A stretch of 59,043 bases of DNA, filler included. It is 8 parts of 8 records of this genome, joined end to end, with 100 filler letters (N's around TTAATTAATTAA, not from the genome) between each part and the next. Parts side by side here need not be neighbours in the genome. Positions count along the whole stretch, not along the records: positions 31,797 to 40,752 come from SRR31147125_94962; positions 40,853 to 46,883 come from SRR31147125_95066; 6 more parts are not named here. One strand, 5' to 3'. Position 1 is the first letter of the stretch; every line of letters begins with the position of its first letter. The notes beneath the pieces were generated by a model. The model saw only the letters and a list, made by a program, of their open reading frames with translations. It was not told the DNA's origin and did not search any database. Shown one piece after another: positions 31,797 to 42,116 of the stretch. The position numbers were made by a program, and so were the translations under genes.

Positions 31797-32175
31797 TCTG
31801 CTCTATTTGGCCTGGGCCATGTGGCGGGAAACAAAGGCATTAAAATTTGACTCGCCGTCAACCAAAACCGGTGTATGGCAGATCGCCTCAAGGGGATTTT
31901 TGATCAATATTCTCAATCCCAAATTGTCTATATTTTTCCTGGCCTTTCTGCCGCTTTTTGTTAATCCGGATTCAGCATCCCCAACCTTAAGTATGGTTTT
32001 TCTCAGTCTAATCTTCATGGCCATGACTTTAGTGGTATTCATTTTGTACGGCATTTGTGCAAACGGGGTGCGCAGATACGTGGTAAACTCACCCAGGATC
32101 ATCATCCGGTTGCAACGGACATTTGCCGCCACCTTTGCAGCACTGGGAATAAAGCTTGCCATGACAGAGCAATGA
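31797..32175 (+). CDS. LysE-family translocator (5' truncated)
   Basis: LYLAW, GFLINILNPKLSIFFLAFLPLFV. Confidence 0.88.
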
Positions 32176-32222
32176 TCGCCGGCTTTGCATAAATTGGGCG
32201 GTTCAGGAGCCTTACCCCTCAA

Positions 32223-33892
32223 TCACTTGAATGCAAGCGAGATCCTGGTTATTGCAAAACTTGAAACCACGGAGATAATGACAAGAAGCGTGCCGTATGC
32301 CATGGCAAGGCCAATGTTGTATTCAAATATGGCATTGACCATGGCAATGGAAACCGGCTTGTTGGACACCGTGTATAAAAACACAGTAACTGTATATTCT
32401 CCGATGCTGCGGATGAAGACAAGAAGGAAACCGGCCAGAAGCCCCGGGGATAAAATAGGGAAAACAACGCGTTTTAAGGTTTGCAAAGGGCGGGCGCCAA
32501 GGCTTTGGGAGGCTTCAATATAGGTCTGGTTAAGATTGCCAAGAGACAGGTTAAAGAGTTTGACCATAATCGGCAGGGACCGGATAAGATACCCCACCGG
32601 CAAGAGAATGGATGTTCCCACCAGGATATGGTTCAGGGAAAAGACGGTTTTTTGATTAAAGCCGTTGATCAGGTTGATGGCAATGGCGCTGGCCGGCATG
32701 GTCCAGGGCAGCATGCACATCATTTCAAGGAACCACTTAAATCTGAAATCTGTTTTAACGATAAAAAAAGAGGCTGGCAGGGCAATGAGCATTCCTGAAA
32801 AAGAGGCCATAAGAGCCAGGAAAAGACTATTGAAAAACGGGGTGAATTTTCTGGACCGTGTAAAGATGTCGATAAAGTTCTGCCAGGAAAATTGATCTGG
32901 ATAAATGTTGACCATCCAGGAGTCAGACGGCACAAAGGACAAACCCATGATGGTCAACACCGGCAGCAATACCATCAGGATGACGCCCCAGGCGCCGGCA
33001 ACCATTAAGTATTTCACCAAAGGGTTCTGAATCCGGACCGGCTGAAATGGCACCCCTTTGATGGAAGATTCAAACAAAACTTTTTCTCATACCAGCGGAA
33101 CAGGGCAAAGGAAAACACGCAGATAATGGTCAAAGCGATCACCTGGGTGGCGGCAACATCCATATAATTATTGGCCTTGGACAATAAGATCTGGGTGGTG
33201 AGCACTTTGAATCCCTGGCCGATGATACTGGGTGCGGTAAAGGACCCGATGCCGGACATAAAGGTGATGATACAAGCCCCCACCAATGCCGGCAGAATAA
33301 AGGGCAGGATAATCGTCCTGAAAATACCCCACCTGGATGCCCCAAGATTTCTGGCGCTTTCAATCACAGACACGTCAATATGCCGGATGGCAATGGAAAC
33401 ACTGATATAAAAATAAACATATTGGGTATAGGCGTGGATAAATAAGATACCGGACAGCCCTGAAAAGTCAAAGGGTGGATTTTCCAGGTTAAGCAGGGTT
33501 TGGATTGTTTTTGTGACCAGTCCGCTTTCACCGTATAGTTGGACAAAAGAAAAGACAATGATAATACCCGGCAGCATCATGGGCAGCAGCAGCAATTTAT
33601 CCACCACCTGTTTACCGGGGAAGTGGAAAAAATGGATAAAAAAAGCCAGAAAGGTCCCCACCCCGCCGCAGACCAATACGGTCAGCCCCCCTAAGGTCAC
33701 GGAATTGACCAATGGGGTTCTTAGGGCCTCCACGCGAATCAGACGGATATAGTTGACAAGGGAAAAACTGCCGGTCCCCGTCAGGCTGACCTCCAGGGTC
33801 TGCAAGGTCGGATAAAGAACATAGCCAAACAACAGGATTAAAAGAAAGACAAAGATCAACCGGCTTAAAAAAGACTGCATTTGCAACCTCAT
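32223..33892 (-). CDS. Fe3+/AfuB-type ABC permease, two-domain (frameshift near 33083)
   Basis: Two EAA loops (ESARNLGAS; EASQSLGA); adding one A joins RWYEKK to VLFESSIKG. Confidence 0.85.
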
Positions 33893-33897
33893 GGGGT

Positions 33898-34944
33898 CTA
33901 ATGCTCCAGAATCTGCAGGCTGTCCCTTGAAAAACTGAGCCAGACCCTTTCTCCGGCCACAGCCGTTTTTTCGTTTTTATGCCGGTTGGGCACGGCAACC
34001 TTGAACACAGAGTCTTCGGCACCCACTGAATACTCAGACATCATGCCGTTAAACCGACAGTCAAGAACACGGGCCTGGAACGAAAAATCCGCATCACCGG
34101 GTTTTGTCCGGGACAGGACAATACTCTGGGGCCGGATACAGACCCACTGCCCCTTGTTTAATCCGGGGATGGAAAGGGATATTTTAGTGGCGATTTGCCA
34201 TTTTCCCCCGCTTACATTCACTTTGAACAGGTTTATATCCCCGACAAATCCGGCCACAAAAGAATCGGCCGGGGTCAGGTAAATCTGTTCGGGTGTTCCC
34301 ATCTGAATGCAACGCCCCTTGTTGAAAACCGCAATGCGATCCGACAGGGTCAATGCCTCTTTCTGGTCATGGGTGACAAAAATGGTGGTAATGCCCAGCT
34401 TTTTCTGAAGAATTTTCAACTCTTCGCGCATCCGGTCCCTGAGCCTGGCATCCAAATTGGACAGGGGTTCATCCAGCAAAAGGACTTGGGGCTCCACTGA
34501 CAGAGAGCGGGCAAGGGCGACCCGTTGCTGTTCTCCACCGGACAATTGGGACATCTTTCGGTCCTCTAAACCACCCAACCCCACCATCTGGATATAATGG
34601 GCCACCTTATTCCGGATCTCCTCCGGTGATTTTTTTTGCAGCTTCAATCCATATTGAATGTTTTCAAACACCGTCATAAAGGGAAACAAGGCATAATTCT
34701 GGAACACCATGCCGATGCTTCGCTTTTCAGGCGGCACAGGGGTAATGTCTCTGTCATCCAGCATGATTCGCCCTTTGTCCGGCTGGATAAACCCGGCAAT
34801 CATCCTTAAAATGGTGGTTTTGCCGCATCCGGAAGGGCCAAGAAAGGTGAAAAATTCACCATCCTTGATTTCAAGGCAGATATCGGAACAGGCCGGATCA
34901 TCCTGATAGGTTTTTTCAATATGATTCAGTATGAGCCGGCCCAT
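33898..34944 (-). CDS. ABC transporter ATP-binding protein (FbpC/PotA type)
   Basis: GPSGCGKT, LSGGEQQR, LLLDEP, VTHDQ, TOBE-like C-terminus. Confidence 0.95.
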   Translation of the reverse strand: MGRLILNHIEKTYQDDPACSDICLEIKDGEFFTFLGPSGCGKTTILRMIAGFIQPDKGRIMLDDRDITPVPPEKRSIGMVFQNYALFPFMTVFENIQYGLKLQKKSPEEIRNKVAHYIQMVGLGGLEDRKMSQLSGGEQQRVALARSLSVEPQVLLLDEPLSNLDARLRDRMREELKILQKKLGITTIFVTHDQKEALTLSDRIAVFNKGRCIQMGTPEQIYLTPADSFVAGFVGDINLFKVNVSGGKWQIATKISLSIPGLNKGQWVCIRPQSIVLSRTKPGDADFSFQARVLDCRFNGMMSEYSVGAEDSVFKVAVPNRHKNEKTAVAGERVWLSFSRDSLQILEH

Positions 34945-34962
34945 GGGGTGTATGGATCTCTA

Positions 34963-34997
34963 TTATTTGTCTTTATTTGTCTTTATTTGTCTTTATT
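34963..34997. repeat. 10-bp tandem repeat, 3.5 copies
   Basis: (TTATTTGTCT)3 TTATT across the binding-protein stop codon. Confidence 0.9.
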
Positions 34998-36020
34998 ACT
35001 GTTTTTAATCTGGGAATCCCATTTTTGTATCCAGGCGGACTGCTTACCTGACAGATCGCCCCAATCCACATCCATGGCCTTGAATTTTGTTTCAGCCATC
35101 CAGTCCGGAGACTGGGCAAGGGCTTTAGGATGGGTTGGCAACCGGTTGAAGCGATGTGCCAGCAGGGCCTGGGTCTTGGGGGAACCTGCAAATTCAACAA
35201 AGGCTTTACCGGCTTTGGGGTGTTTGGCTCCGGCAATCAGGGCAATGGCATCGGTGAGAACCGGAGAGCCGCTCTGGGCATCAATGACATCTATGGGCAT
35301 TTTATTTTTAATTTTATTGTCCACAACGCTATTGAGAACCATAAAGCCGATGGCTGCTTCTTTTCTTCCAATGGCCTGGAAAATCATGGAACTGCTGCCG
35401 TAATAGCGCTTGGTATTGGCATCCATTGCCTTTAAAAATTCCCAGCCCTGGTCCAGTTTCCCCTTTTTTTCAAACTGCTGAAGCAAGGCTGAATAGGTGG
35501 CCCGGGCCGATGTGGACAGGGCATTTCTAAAAACCAATTTATTTTTATACTTTGGGTCTGCAAGATCAGTCCAGTCAGAGGGCAGCTCCTCTTTGGACAG
35601 CATCTGGGTATTGTAGAACATTAATACCGGGGTCTGGATGACGCCATACCAATATCCGTCAGCGTCCTTGAACATGGGATCCAGTTCATCCGCCCAGGAC
35701 GGTGTGCAGGGGGCAAAAATATTTTCCGCCTTTAACTCCAGGTAATTTGATGAGGGCCCACCGTACATGATATCTGCTCCGGGGTTGGATTTTTCAGCCC
35801 GGACACGGTCAACAAGCGCCCCTTTAAGGTTGATAAATTCCACCTTGACCCCGGTCTCTTTTTCAAACTCATCTGCCACCAGCTCCAGCAATGCTTCAGG
35901 ATGTGTAGAATAAATCACCAGTTTTTTTTCAAGGGCATCCGCTGATGCCGGTCCGGCCATAAGGCAAAAAAAACAGGCACTCACAAGCACCAGCAAAAAA
36001 AACGACTTCACAGGGTTCAT
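34983..36020 (-). CDS. ABC substrate-binding protein (FbpA/AfuA type)
   Basis: Signal peptide, LVIYS, RAEKSNPGADI.YGG, PSDWTDLADP. Confidence 0.88.
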   Translation of the reverse strand: MNPVKSFFLLVLVSACFFCLMAGPASADALEKKLVIYSTHPEALLELVADEFEKETGVKVEFINLKGALVDRVRAEKSNPGADIMYGGPSSNYLELKAENIFAPCTPSWADELDPMFKDADGYWYGVIQTPVLMFYNTQMLSKEELPSDWTDLADPKYKNKLVFRNALSTSARATYSALLQQFEKKGKLDQGWEFLKAMDANTKRYYGSSSMIFQAIGRKEAAIGFMVLNSVVDNKIKNKMPIDVIDAQSGSPVLTDAIALIAGAKHPKAGKAFVEFAGSPKTQALLAHRFNRLPTHPKALAQSPDWMAETKFKAMDVDWGDLSGKQSAWIQKWDSQIKNSNKDK

Positions 36021-36070
36021 GGTCAAATCTCCTTTATTTCAAATGGGTTGTTTTTCACAGGGATATTTTA

Positions 36071-36921
36071 TCATGCGTCACACAGCGCACGGCTGCGGGC
36101 AAGGCAAAGGCTGGCATTGGTGGCGGAAAGGTATTGTTGAACCAGCATTTGGGTATGAAGAATTTGGCTGTAGTCATCCAGTTCAATGGTCCACCACCGG
36201 CAATTGGTCAAAACCAGACGGTCAAATATAGGGCCGAGCACACTCAGGTCCTTTGGCGGGTGGTGGGTGTCTGTTTCATATTCATAAAGATGGACTTCAC
36301 TGAGTTTCGGACCGAAAAGATCAATAATGTCAGGAACCGTAAACTCCCCGCGCTGGACAGGATGGCTGGAAACAGCATGGCCGATGTCCATGGTAATGGA
36401 TGCCCCTGAGGCCTCCACCCATTCCATAAGGGTTTCAGGATGGCTGGTCGGGCCGAGTTTTAAATTCTCAAGATTCACCTGGATGCCCAGCTCTTTTCCA
36501 TAGGCCACCAGGGTGGTCAGATTTTGTTTCACCCGGTCCGGGTCCAGGCGTTGGCAGGGGGAAGCCCCATGTGAACCGTCATGATTTGGTTGCCGACACC
36601 CCTTATGGCATCAAGGGCCTGAAGATGAAGCCTTAGGGCCTGTTCAGCCTTGTCCGGATCCGGATCCCCGATTTCAAACCCCGGGAAATAGGCATGGTGG
36701 CGGACAGGCACGCCCTGGTTTATATAGGGCTGAAGATGGGTGTTCACTTGCCCAAGATGATCCGGATCCGGGGCGTATTCCAGGCCAAACCCGTTTTCGG
36801 CGATCCATTTGAACTTTTCAGGAAACTTGAACCAATGGGCAGACACGGCCAGGGTGATTGTTTCCGATCTGTCGGCAACAGCATCATTTATAGGAGGGTG
36901 TTCAGGGGATTGAAAGGCCAT
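36071..36921 (-). CDS. Xylose-isomerase-like TIM-barrel protein (frameshift near 36558)
   Basis: VNLENL, TMDIGHA, EVHLYE, WWTIEL metal-site pattern over two ORFs. Confidence 0.75.
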
Positions 36922-37352
36922 AAAAATTGTCCGGTATAGTTAAAAGAAATGAAAAGACCGTATCCGTGGCCTATGGAATAGTCAAATCGGAATACCTGAT
37001 AGAACTTCCCGGCAGGATCGCAATTACAAATAGCACACGGATTTTAGGGACTGACGCCATATTTTATTTGTATAATTCAAATTCTCTTGTCAAAACGCTG
37101 ATGGCGAATCCAAAGCGAATTTTTCGTATTGCCATAATCGGTCTGTATCTCTTGGATACATAAAAATCACCCTCTCCTTGTTGCGTTTTTCATTCCCATG
37201 GGATATTCAATAAAATAAAGATAATAGCCGGATTAACATGGCGCAGTCATCAGAAAATCTCAGCGAAAAGGCAATCTGCCGGCGATCAACCGTCACACCC
37301 CCCGGTTAACGAATCACATCGCACCGGGTATCAAAAACAATCGATAGGCATC

Positions 37353-38836
37353 ATGGGACACCTTTTAAATCAAAACAGATTCTACCGCCATCTGCTCTCA
37401 GCAGGACAGCAGACAAACCCGGACGGCTTTCTTCATAAGCTTTTGAGGCTGTTCACATCCATTACAAGGGCTTCCCAGGGGTATATAGAACTTCAGGATC
37501 ACCGAAAAAATATTATCTGGACATCCATCTGTTGCACCGGGGAAGACATAGAAAATATCCGAAGAACAATTTCAAGAGGGATCATTGCTGCCGCCATGAA
37601 GGAAGGACGTATTTTGAAAACAGTCTCGGCGGTCAATGACCCCCGGTTTCACACCAGGGAAAGTGTCCGGTCTGCCAATATCCAGAAAGTCATATGCGCC
37701 CCGGTGCACACCCCCAAGGTCCGGGGGATACTCTATCTTCAGGGAGAGGACGACTTTCTGCCGGATTCAGAGGATCTCCTCCGGGATGCGGACTTGGCCA
37801 TCCACCACATCGCCCCCCTGCTGGAACAGGTCTGCTTAAAAAAACTGCCCCCCGGGGTCAGCCGGGATCAGACGCCCCCCTGATCGGCAACAGCCCGGCA
37901 TTTGAAAAAACCATAAAAAAAGCCAGGATGGTTGCGCCCTTAAAGATTAACCTCCTTTTAACCGGCGACACAGGCACCGGAAAAACAGAACTTGCCGGAT
38001 TCATCCATAAAAACAGCCCCAGGAAGGCCCACCCATTTGTATCCCTGAACTGCGCCGCACTGCCCGAAGCCCTCATGGAAAATGAGGTGTTCGGTGCGGT
38101 CAAAGGCGGTCACTCCACAGCCTCGTCACCGGTTCAAGGCAAGGTGGCTGCGGCGGAAAAAGGGACCTTGTTTCTAGATGAAATCGGGGAGCTGCCCATT
38201 CATGTCCAGGCCAAATTCCTTCAATTGCTGGAATCCGGTCAATACTACCCCCTTGGGGCATCCCGGCCGGAAACGGCGGATATCCGTATCCTGGCCGCCA
38301 CCAATGTGGACCTGGAACAACGGATTCGTGAAAAAAGATTTCGCCGGGATCTTTACTACCGGCTCAATGTGTTTGCCATCCGTTTACCGGCCTTGTCCGA
38401 AAGGGAAACTGACATTTTCGACCTTTCCCATTTCTTCCTGAAAAAAAGCTGCCGGGCCCATGGCCTCCCGGAGCTTGCCCTGTCCACCAACTGCCTGAAC
38501 TGGCTGATTACCCATCCCTGGCAGGGCAACATCCGGGAGTTGAAACATCTTGTGGAAGCCGGATCCATCCATGCCTTTATGGAAGGCGCGCAGACGCTGC
38601 AACCCCATCACCTCTTTCCCGACGGCCCGGATAAGACAAAAATCACCTCCACCCCGGATTTCAAAGCCGCCACCCTCCTGTTCCAACGACAATTTCTGGG
38701 TCGGCAATTAAAGGCACGCAACTGGAATGTCAGCCAGACCGCCCGGGATTTATCCATCTCCCGGTCCCAGTTGAATCTATTGATCAAATCCCTGGACCTG
38801 AAACGGGAATACCAGGCGCCCCATCAGTCCGCTTAA
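37353..38836 (+). CDS. GAF + NtrC-type AAA+ + Fis-HTH transcriptional regulator (frameshift near 37850-37880)
   Basis: GAF (DPRF...ICAPV); GDTGTGKT, NCAALP, GTLFLDEI, RRDLYYRL, WQGNIREL; HTH NVSQTARDLSISR. Confidence 0.88.
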
Positions 38837-39651
38837 CCGGCTTGATCTGAAAGCCAGGCAAGGACCGAGCGCCCCGGGGGCCGGAGAGCCGGCCTTTGTT
38901 CCAGAAGTGCCATGGCCAGGCAATTCAAGTCATCCGGTGTCTTTGCAACCAGGGAAACCGGTGGGTGCAGCTCCAGACCCCAGATCATCTCCGGCAGTCT
39001 GCCGGTCAGGCATTCGTAAAGCACCACCCCGAGGCTGTACCAGTCCGACGCCGGCGCCATGGCTTTTCTTTCAAAAATCTCCGGGGCCATGTAGGCAAAG
39101 GTGCCGTCCACCGTCCCTGATTGCTGCCCCTGATAACGCCTGGAAAGGCTGAAATCGATCAAAACAGCTTGCCCGGCATGGTTCAGAAGAATATGGGCCG
39201 GTTTAACATCGCCGTGGCAGATGCCGTGATTGTGGAGATGATGAAGCCCCTGGGCGGCTTGAAAAATAAGTTGCCGCAACAGCCCGTAACGGACAGCCCC
39301 CCCGGGGCCTGAACCAACAGCCCCTAAAATATCCGGTCCTTTGACCCAGTCCATGGTAAAAAATGGAAGCACAGGGGTGTTGTAAAAATCATGGTAGGCC
39401 ACCAGGTGAGGATGGGCCACACCGGACTTGAGTTCAAACTCCTGCATCAGATATCCCATGGCCGCCTTTGTCCGCCCCTCTGGAATCTTTATGGCCAGAG
39501 GGCCACCCTGTTCCCTGTCATATACTTTAAAAAGATTGCCTGAGACTTTCTTTGCCAGCCGATACCGCCCACCAAAAAGGACTCCCCAGATCTCTTTAGC
39601 CATTTCCCTCCCTAACGCGGTTGCTGCTGTTTTACCATGATTCTGAACCAA
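38833..39651 (-). CDS. Hanks-type Ser/Thr kinase-like protein (kinase domain only, degenerate motifs)
   Basis: AIK, HGDVKPAHIL, IDFSLS, GTFAYMAPE, SDWYSLGVVLYECLTG; start uncertain (39651 or 39603). Confidence 0.8.
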   Translation of the reverse strand: MVQNHGKTAATALGREMAKEIWGVLFGGRYRLAKKVSGNLFKVYDREQGGPLAIKIPEGRTKAAMGYLMQEFELKSGVAHPHLVAYHDFYNTPVLPFFTMDWVKGPDILGAVGSGPGGAVRYGLLRQLIFQAAQGLHHLHNHGICHGDVKPAHILLNHAGQAVLIDFSLSRRYQGQQSGTVDGTFAYMAPEIFERKAMAPASDWYSLGVVLYECLTGRLPEMIWGLELHPPVSLVAKTPDDLNCLAMALLEQRPALRPPGRSVLAWLSDQAG

Positions 39652-39871
39652 CCGGGCCGGTCACCCCTGGATTTTGGAAGGGTATTCAAATGTAAAGGCT
39701 TGTTAAAGAGGGAGGTTCCGAAAGGGTTTCCCGTTTGCGGGCCCCTTGGAGCGAACCGCTGTGATTTCCGGGGTGGATAAAAAACAGCGGCCGGAAGCAT
39801 GTGGCATTCCGACCGCTGTGGTTGCCGTCTGTCCCGGACGGCGATTCTGTCTCTATCGTCAGGGCTTGGAC

Positions 39872-40752
39872 TTAGACGTTCACCTGCAAGGAACCGAGAA
39901 AATCAGGGTTTACGTAATAATAGGTGTCAGTAAAGACCGTATCCTGGAGTATCCCGTCTCCGAGAACAAGAAAGCTTCGGGAACCCGGGCTGCCATCGGT
40001 CTCGAAATGGACGACCAATTGCCCGATGGTGATTCCCAACAGCCTGTCTGTGGTGATAAAGGGTTTGTCAAAGTCGATGGCATTCAACAAATCCATCCTG
40101 TCGTTTCCGGTGACGTCAACGGCCGGGGATTTGCCGGCGAAAATTCCCACCGGCGTAAAATGGATGGATGTCACCTCATCGAAATCGATCTTCTGAAATC
40201 CCATACCCGTTTGTAACTTCATTCTGCTCATACCTGAATTTACCTCATACATCACAGGTGCGTCAACCGCTTCCAGCCGGCTGCCCGGAGCCACAACCTT
40301 GAACATGCCAGTGCCATAAACATTGGTCGAACCGCACCAGACCGGACCTGTCCAGGCCCCCACTTCTTTGCGCACGGCATTGGCCACACATTTTAAAAAA
40401 TCCATCCCGGCAGCCCCACTGGCAACACTGCAGCCCAAAAGCACCAGGCGGGACCCGCTGATGCCCTGGGAGGCATATTCCCGCCAGGCATCTTCGTTGG
40501 GAAGGGACATATATTTTTTAGGATCGGTAACCACCGAACCATTGCCCGTTGCAATAATTCCGGAGGTGCCATGGCCAACAATGACCGAAAAATTTGCCGA
40601 AGTTCCCCGAAGATTGGAAAAGGCCGTTTTCGTGTCTGGATGGGATGACACCCCTGCATTGGAGGTGGCCCGGTACTTTTTATCGATACAGCCAAGGGTT
40701 GCATCGCTGATCAGGTGGTTATCAATGGTGGCAATTGCAGCCCCAGGGGCCG
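39872..40752 (-). CDS. Hypothetical protein with DUF4347/peptidase C80-like His-Cys motifs (5' truncated)
   Basis: VIVGHGTSG...LVLLGCSVASG; frame stays open to the contig edge at 40752. Confidence 0.55.
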
Positions 40753-40876
40753 NNNNNNNNNNNNNNNNNNNNNNNNNNNNNNNNNNNNNNNNNNNNTTAA
40801 TTAATTAANNNNNNNNNNNNNNNNNNNNNNNNNNNNNNNNNNNNNNNNNNNNACCTTACCAATGTCTAAAATGTAC

Positions 40877-40941
40877 GATTAACGGTTGAACTGACGGGCC
40901 CGGCTATTCAACTCCCGGTCCCGTCCAGTGATTGATTCTGT
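40877..40941 (-). mobile_element. Integron attC site
   Basis: Minus strand: ACAGAAT-CAATC-ACTGGAC...GTCAGT-TCAACC-GTTAATC, L''/L' paired with one extra base, directly after a stop codon. Confidence 0.7.
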
Positions 40942-40945
40942 GCCG

Positions 40946-41461
40946 CTAGGGTGAACTGATTATTTTAAAACAAATAAAAACAATCAACGCCATTATCAGA
41001 ATTCCAAAAAACAGGTAATCTCCTAAAACACCAATACCGAATAAATCTTTGTGGAGATTTTTACCTGTAATTTCTTCTTGATTCATCCCAGGACAGAGCC
41101 TTTTAATCCTTCGTTTAAAAGACCCTAAACCGTCTATTTGTTGATCTAAATATACAGAACCATTTTTGAAATATAAGCGGTAGTATCTTATTCCATCAAC
41201 ACCCCTTACAATGTCTTTAACCTCGACTTTAGTTTTTTTAATAACCCGATGAAAAATTAAATAGCGTTCATCAATAAGTTCTATTTTATAGGTTTGGAAT
41301 AAAAATAAAGCCCAGAACAATACGAACAATATGTAATCATGGATTGCTTGGTCTGAATTGGCTTGGGGTATTACAAAATAGGTCACAACACACAACAATA
41401 AAATAAAGACGCCCTTAATTTCTTTTGCTAATTCATATGTCTTACGATTTGATTTTTCCAT
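40946..41461 (-). CDS. Gene-cassette membrane protein of unknown function
   Basis: AT-rich ORF with about 3 hydrophobic segments, bounded by two attC sites. Confidence 0.7.
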   Translation of the reverse strand: MEKSNRKTYELAKEIKGVFILLLCVVTYFVIPQANSDQAIHDYILFVLFWALFLFQTYKIELIDERYLIFHRVIKKTKVEVKDIVRGVDGIRYYRLYFKNGSVYLDQQIDGLGSFKRRIKRLCPGMNQEEITGKNLHKDLFGIGVLGDYLFFGILIMALIVFICFKIISSP

Positions 41462-41482
41462 TACGCTCCAGCTTGGATACGC

Positions 41483-41542
41483 TCAAAACACTGCTAATCA
41501 GCCGCGCCGCTTTTTGCGTCGTTTGAATTAGCCTTGTTGGAT
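41483..41542 (-). mobile_element. Integron attC site
   Basis: Minus strand: ATCCAAC-AAGGC-TAATTCA...TGATTA-GCAGT-GTTTTGA, 60 bp. Confidence 0.85.
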
Positions 41543-41982
41543 ACTATTACTGTTTTTAAATATTTAATAACGGTTTTTTCCTTACCACCAGCATTGCCTA
41601 CACATTGGAGAGCAGTTTGTCCTTTCGAATTAGTGAGCAACGGATTGGCACCGGCTGCAACGAGCTTTTTCACTCCATCAAGCCACACCCAACTTGCAGC
41701 ATTCATTAGAGGTGTGTATTTCCCCATACCCTTGTCTGGTAAAGCTTTATACTCAAGCAATATTGTGAGCACCTCCATTCCACCATGAGGTCCAGTAGCA
41801 ATATAAAGCAAAGAACGGCCTTGCTCATCCATGATATTTGGATTGCCCCCGGAACTGAGGTATTGCATAACAAATGAAGCATCGTTCCGGTCTACGGCCT
41901 CAAATACATTTTGAGGTGGCTCTATCTTTGGCGAACAGCCCACAAATATAAGTATTATGAAGAATATGTATAATTTTTTCAT
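41494..41982 (-). CDS. Ankyrin-repeat lipoprotein (gene cassette)
   Basis: Lipobox FVGC; GRSLLYIA, TPLMNAA, GANP..TNSKGQTAL; ORF reads into its attC. Confidence 0.8.
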   Translation of the reverse strand: MKKLYIFFIILIFVGCSPKIEPPQNVFEAVDRNDASFVMQYLSSGGNPNIMDEQGRSLLYIATGPHGGMEVLTILLEYKALPDKGMGKYTPLMNAASWVWLDGVKKLVAAGANPLLTNSKGQTALQCVGNAGGKEKTVIKYLKTVIVSNKANSNDAKSGAAD

Positions 41983-42116
41983 TTAATCCAATTTGCATAT
42001 CACCGGCTCGCCCGGTGGATTTTGCTGGTTGAGAAAATGCCAGAAATTGGATTAACTCTGACTCCAATTTTTTAGGGGAGGATCAGAGGCTATCCCACCC
42101 GTTAAATCAAATACCT

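Noticed and set aside
39710-39732. GGGAGGTTCC-GAAA-GGGTTTCCC as a c-di-GMP riboswitch or other ncRNA
   Set aside because: Stem is poorly paired and the other conserved riboswitch elements are absent
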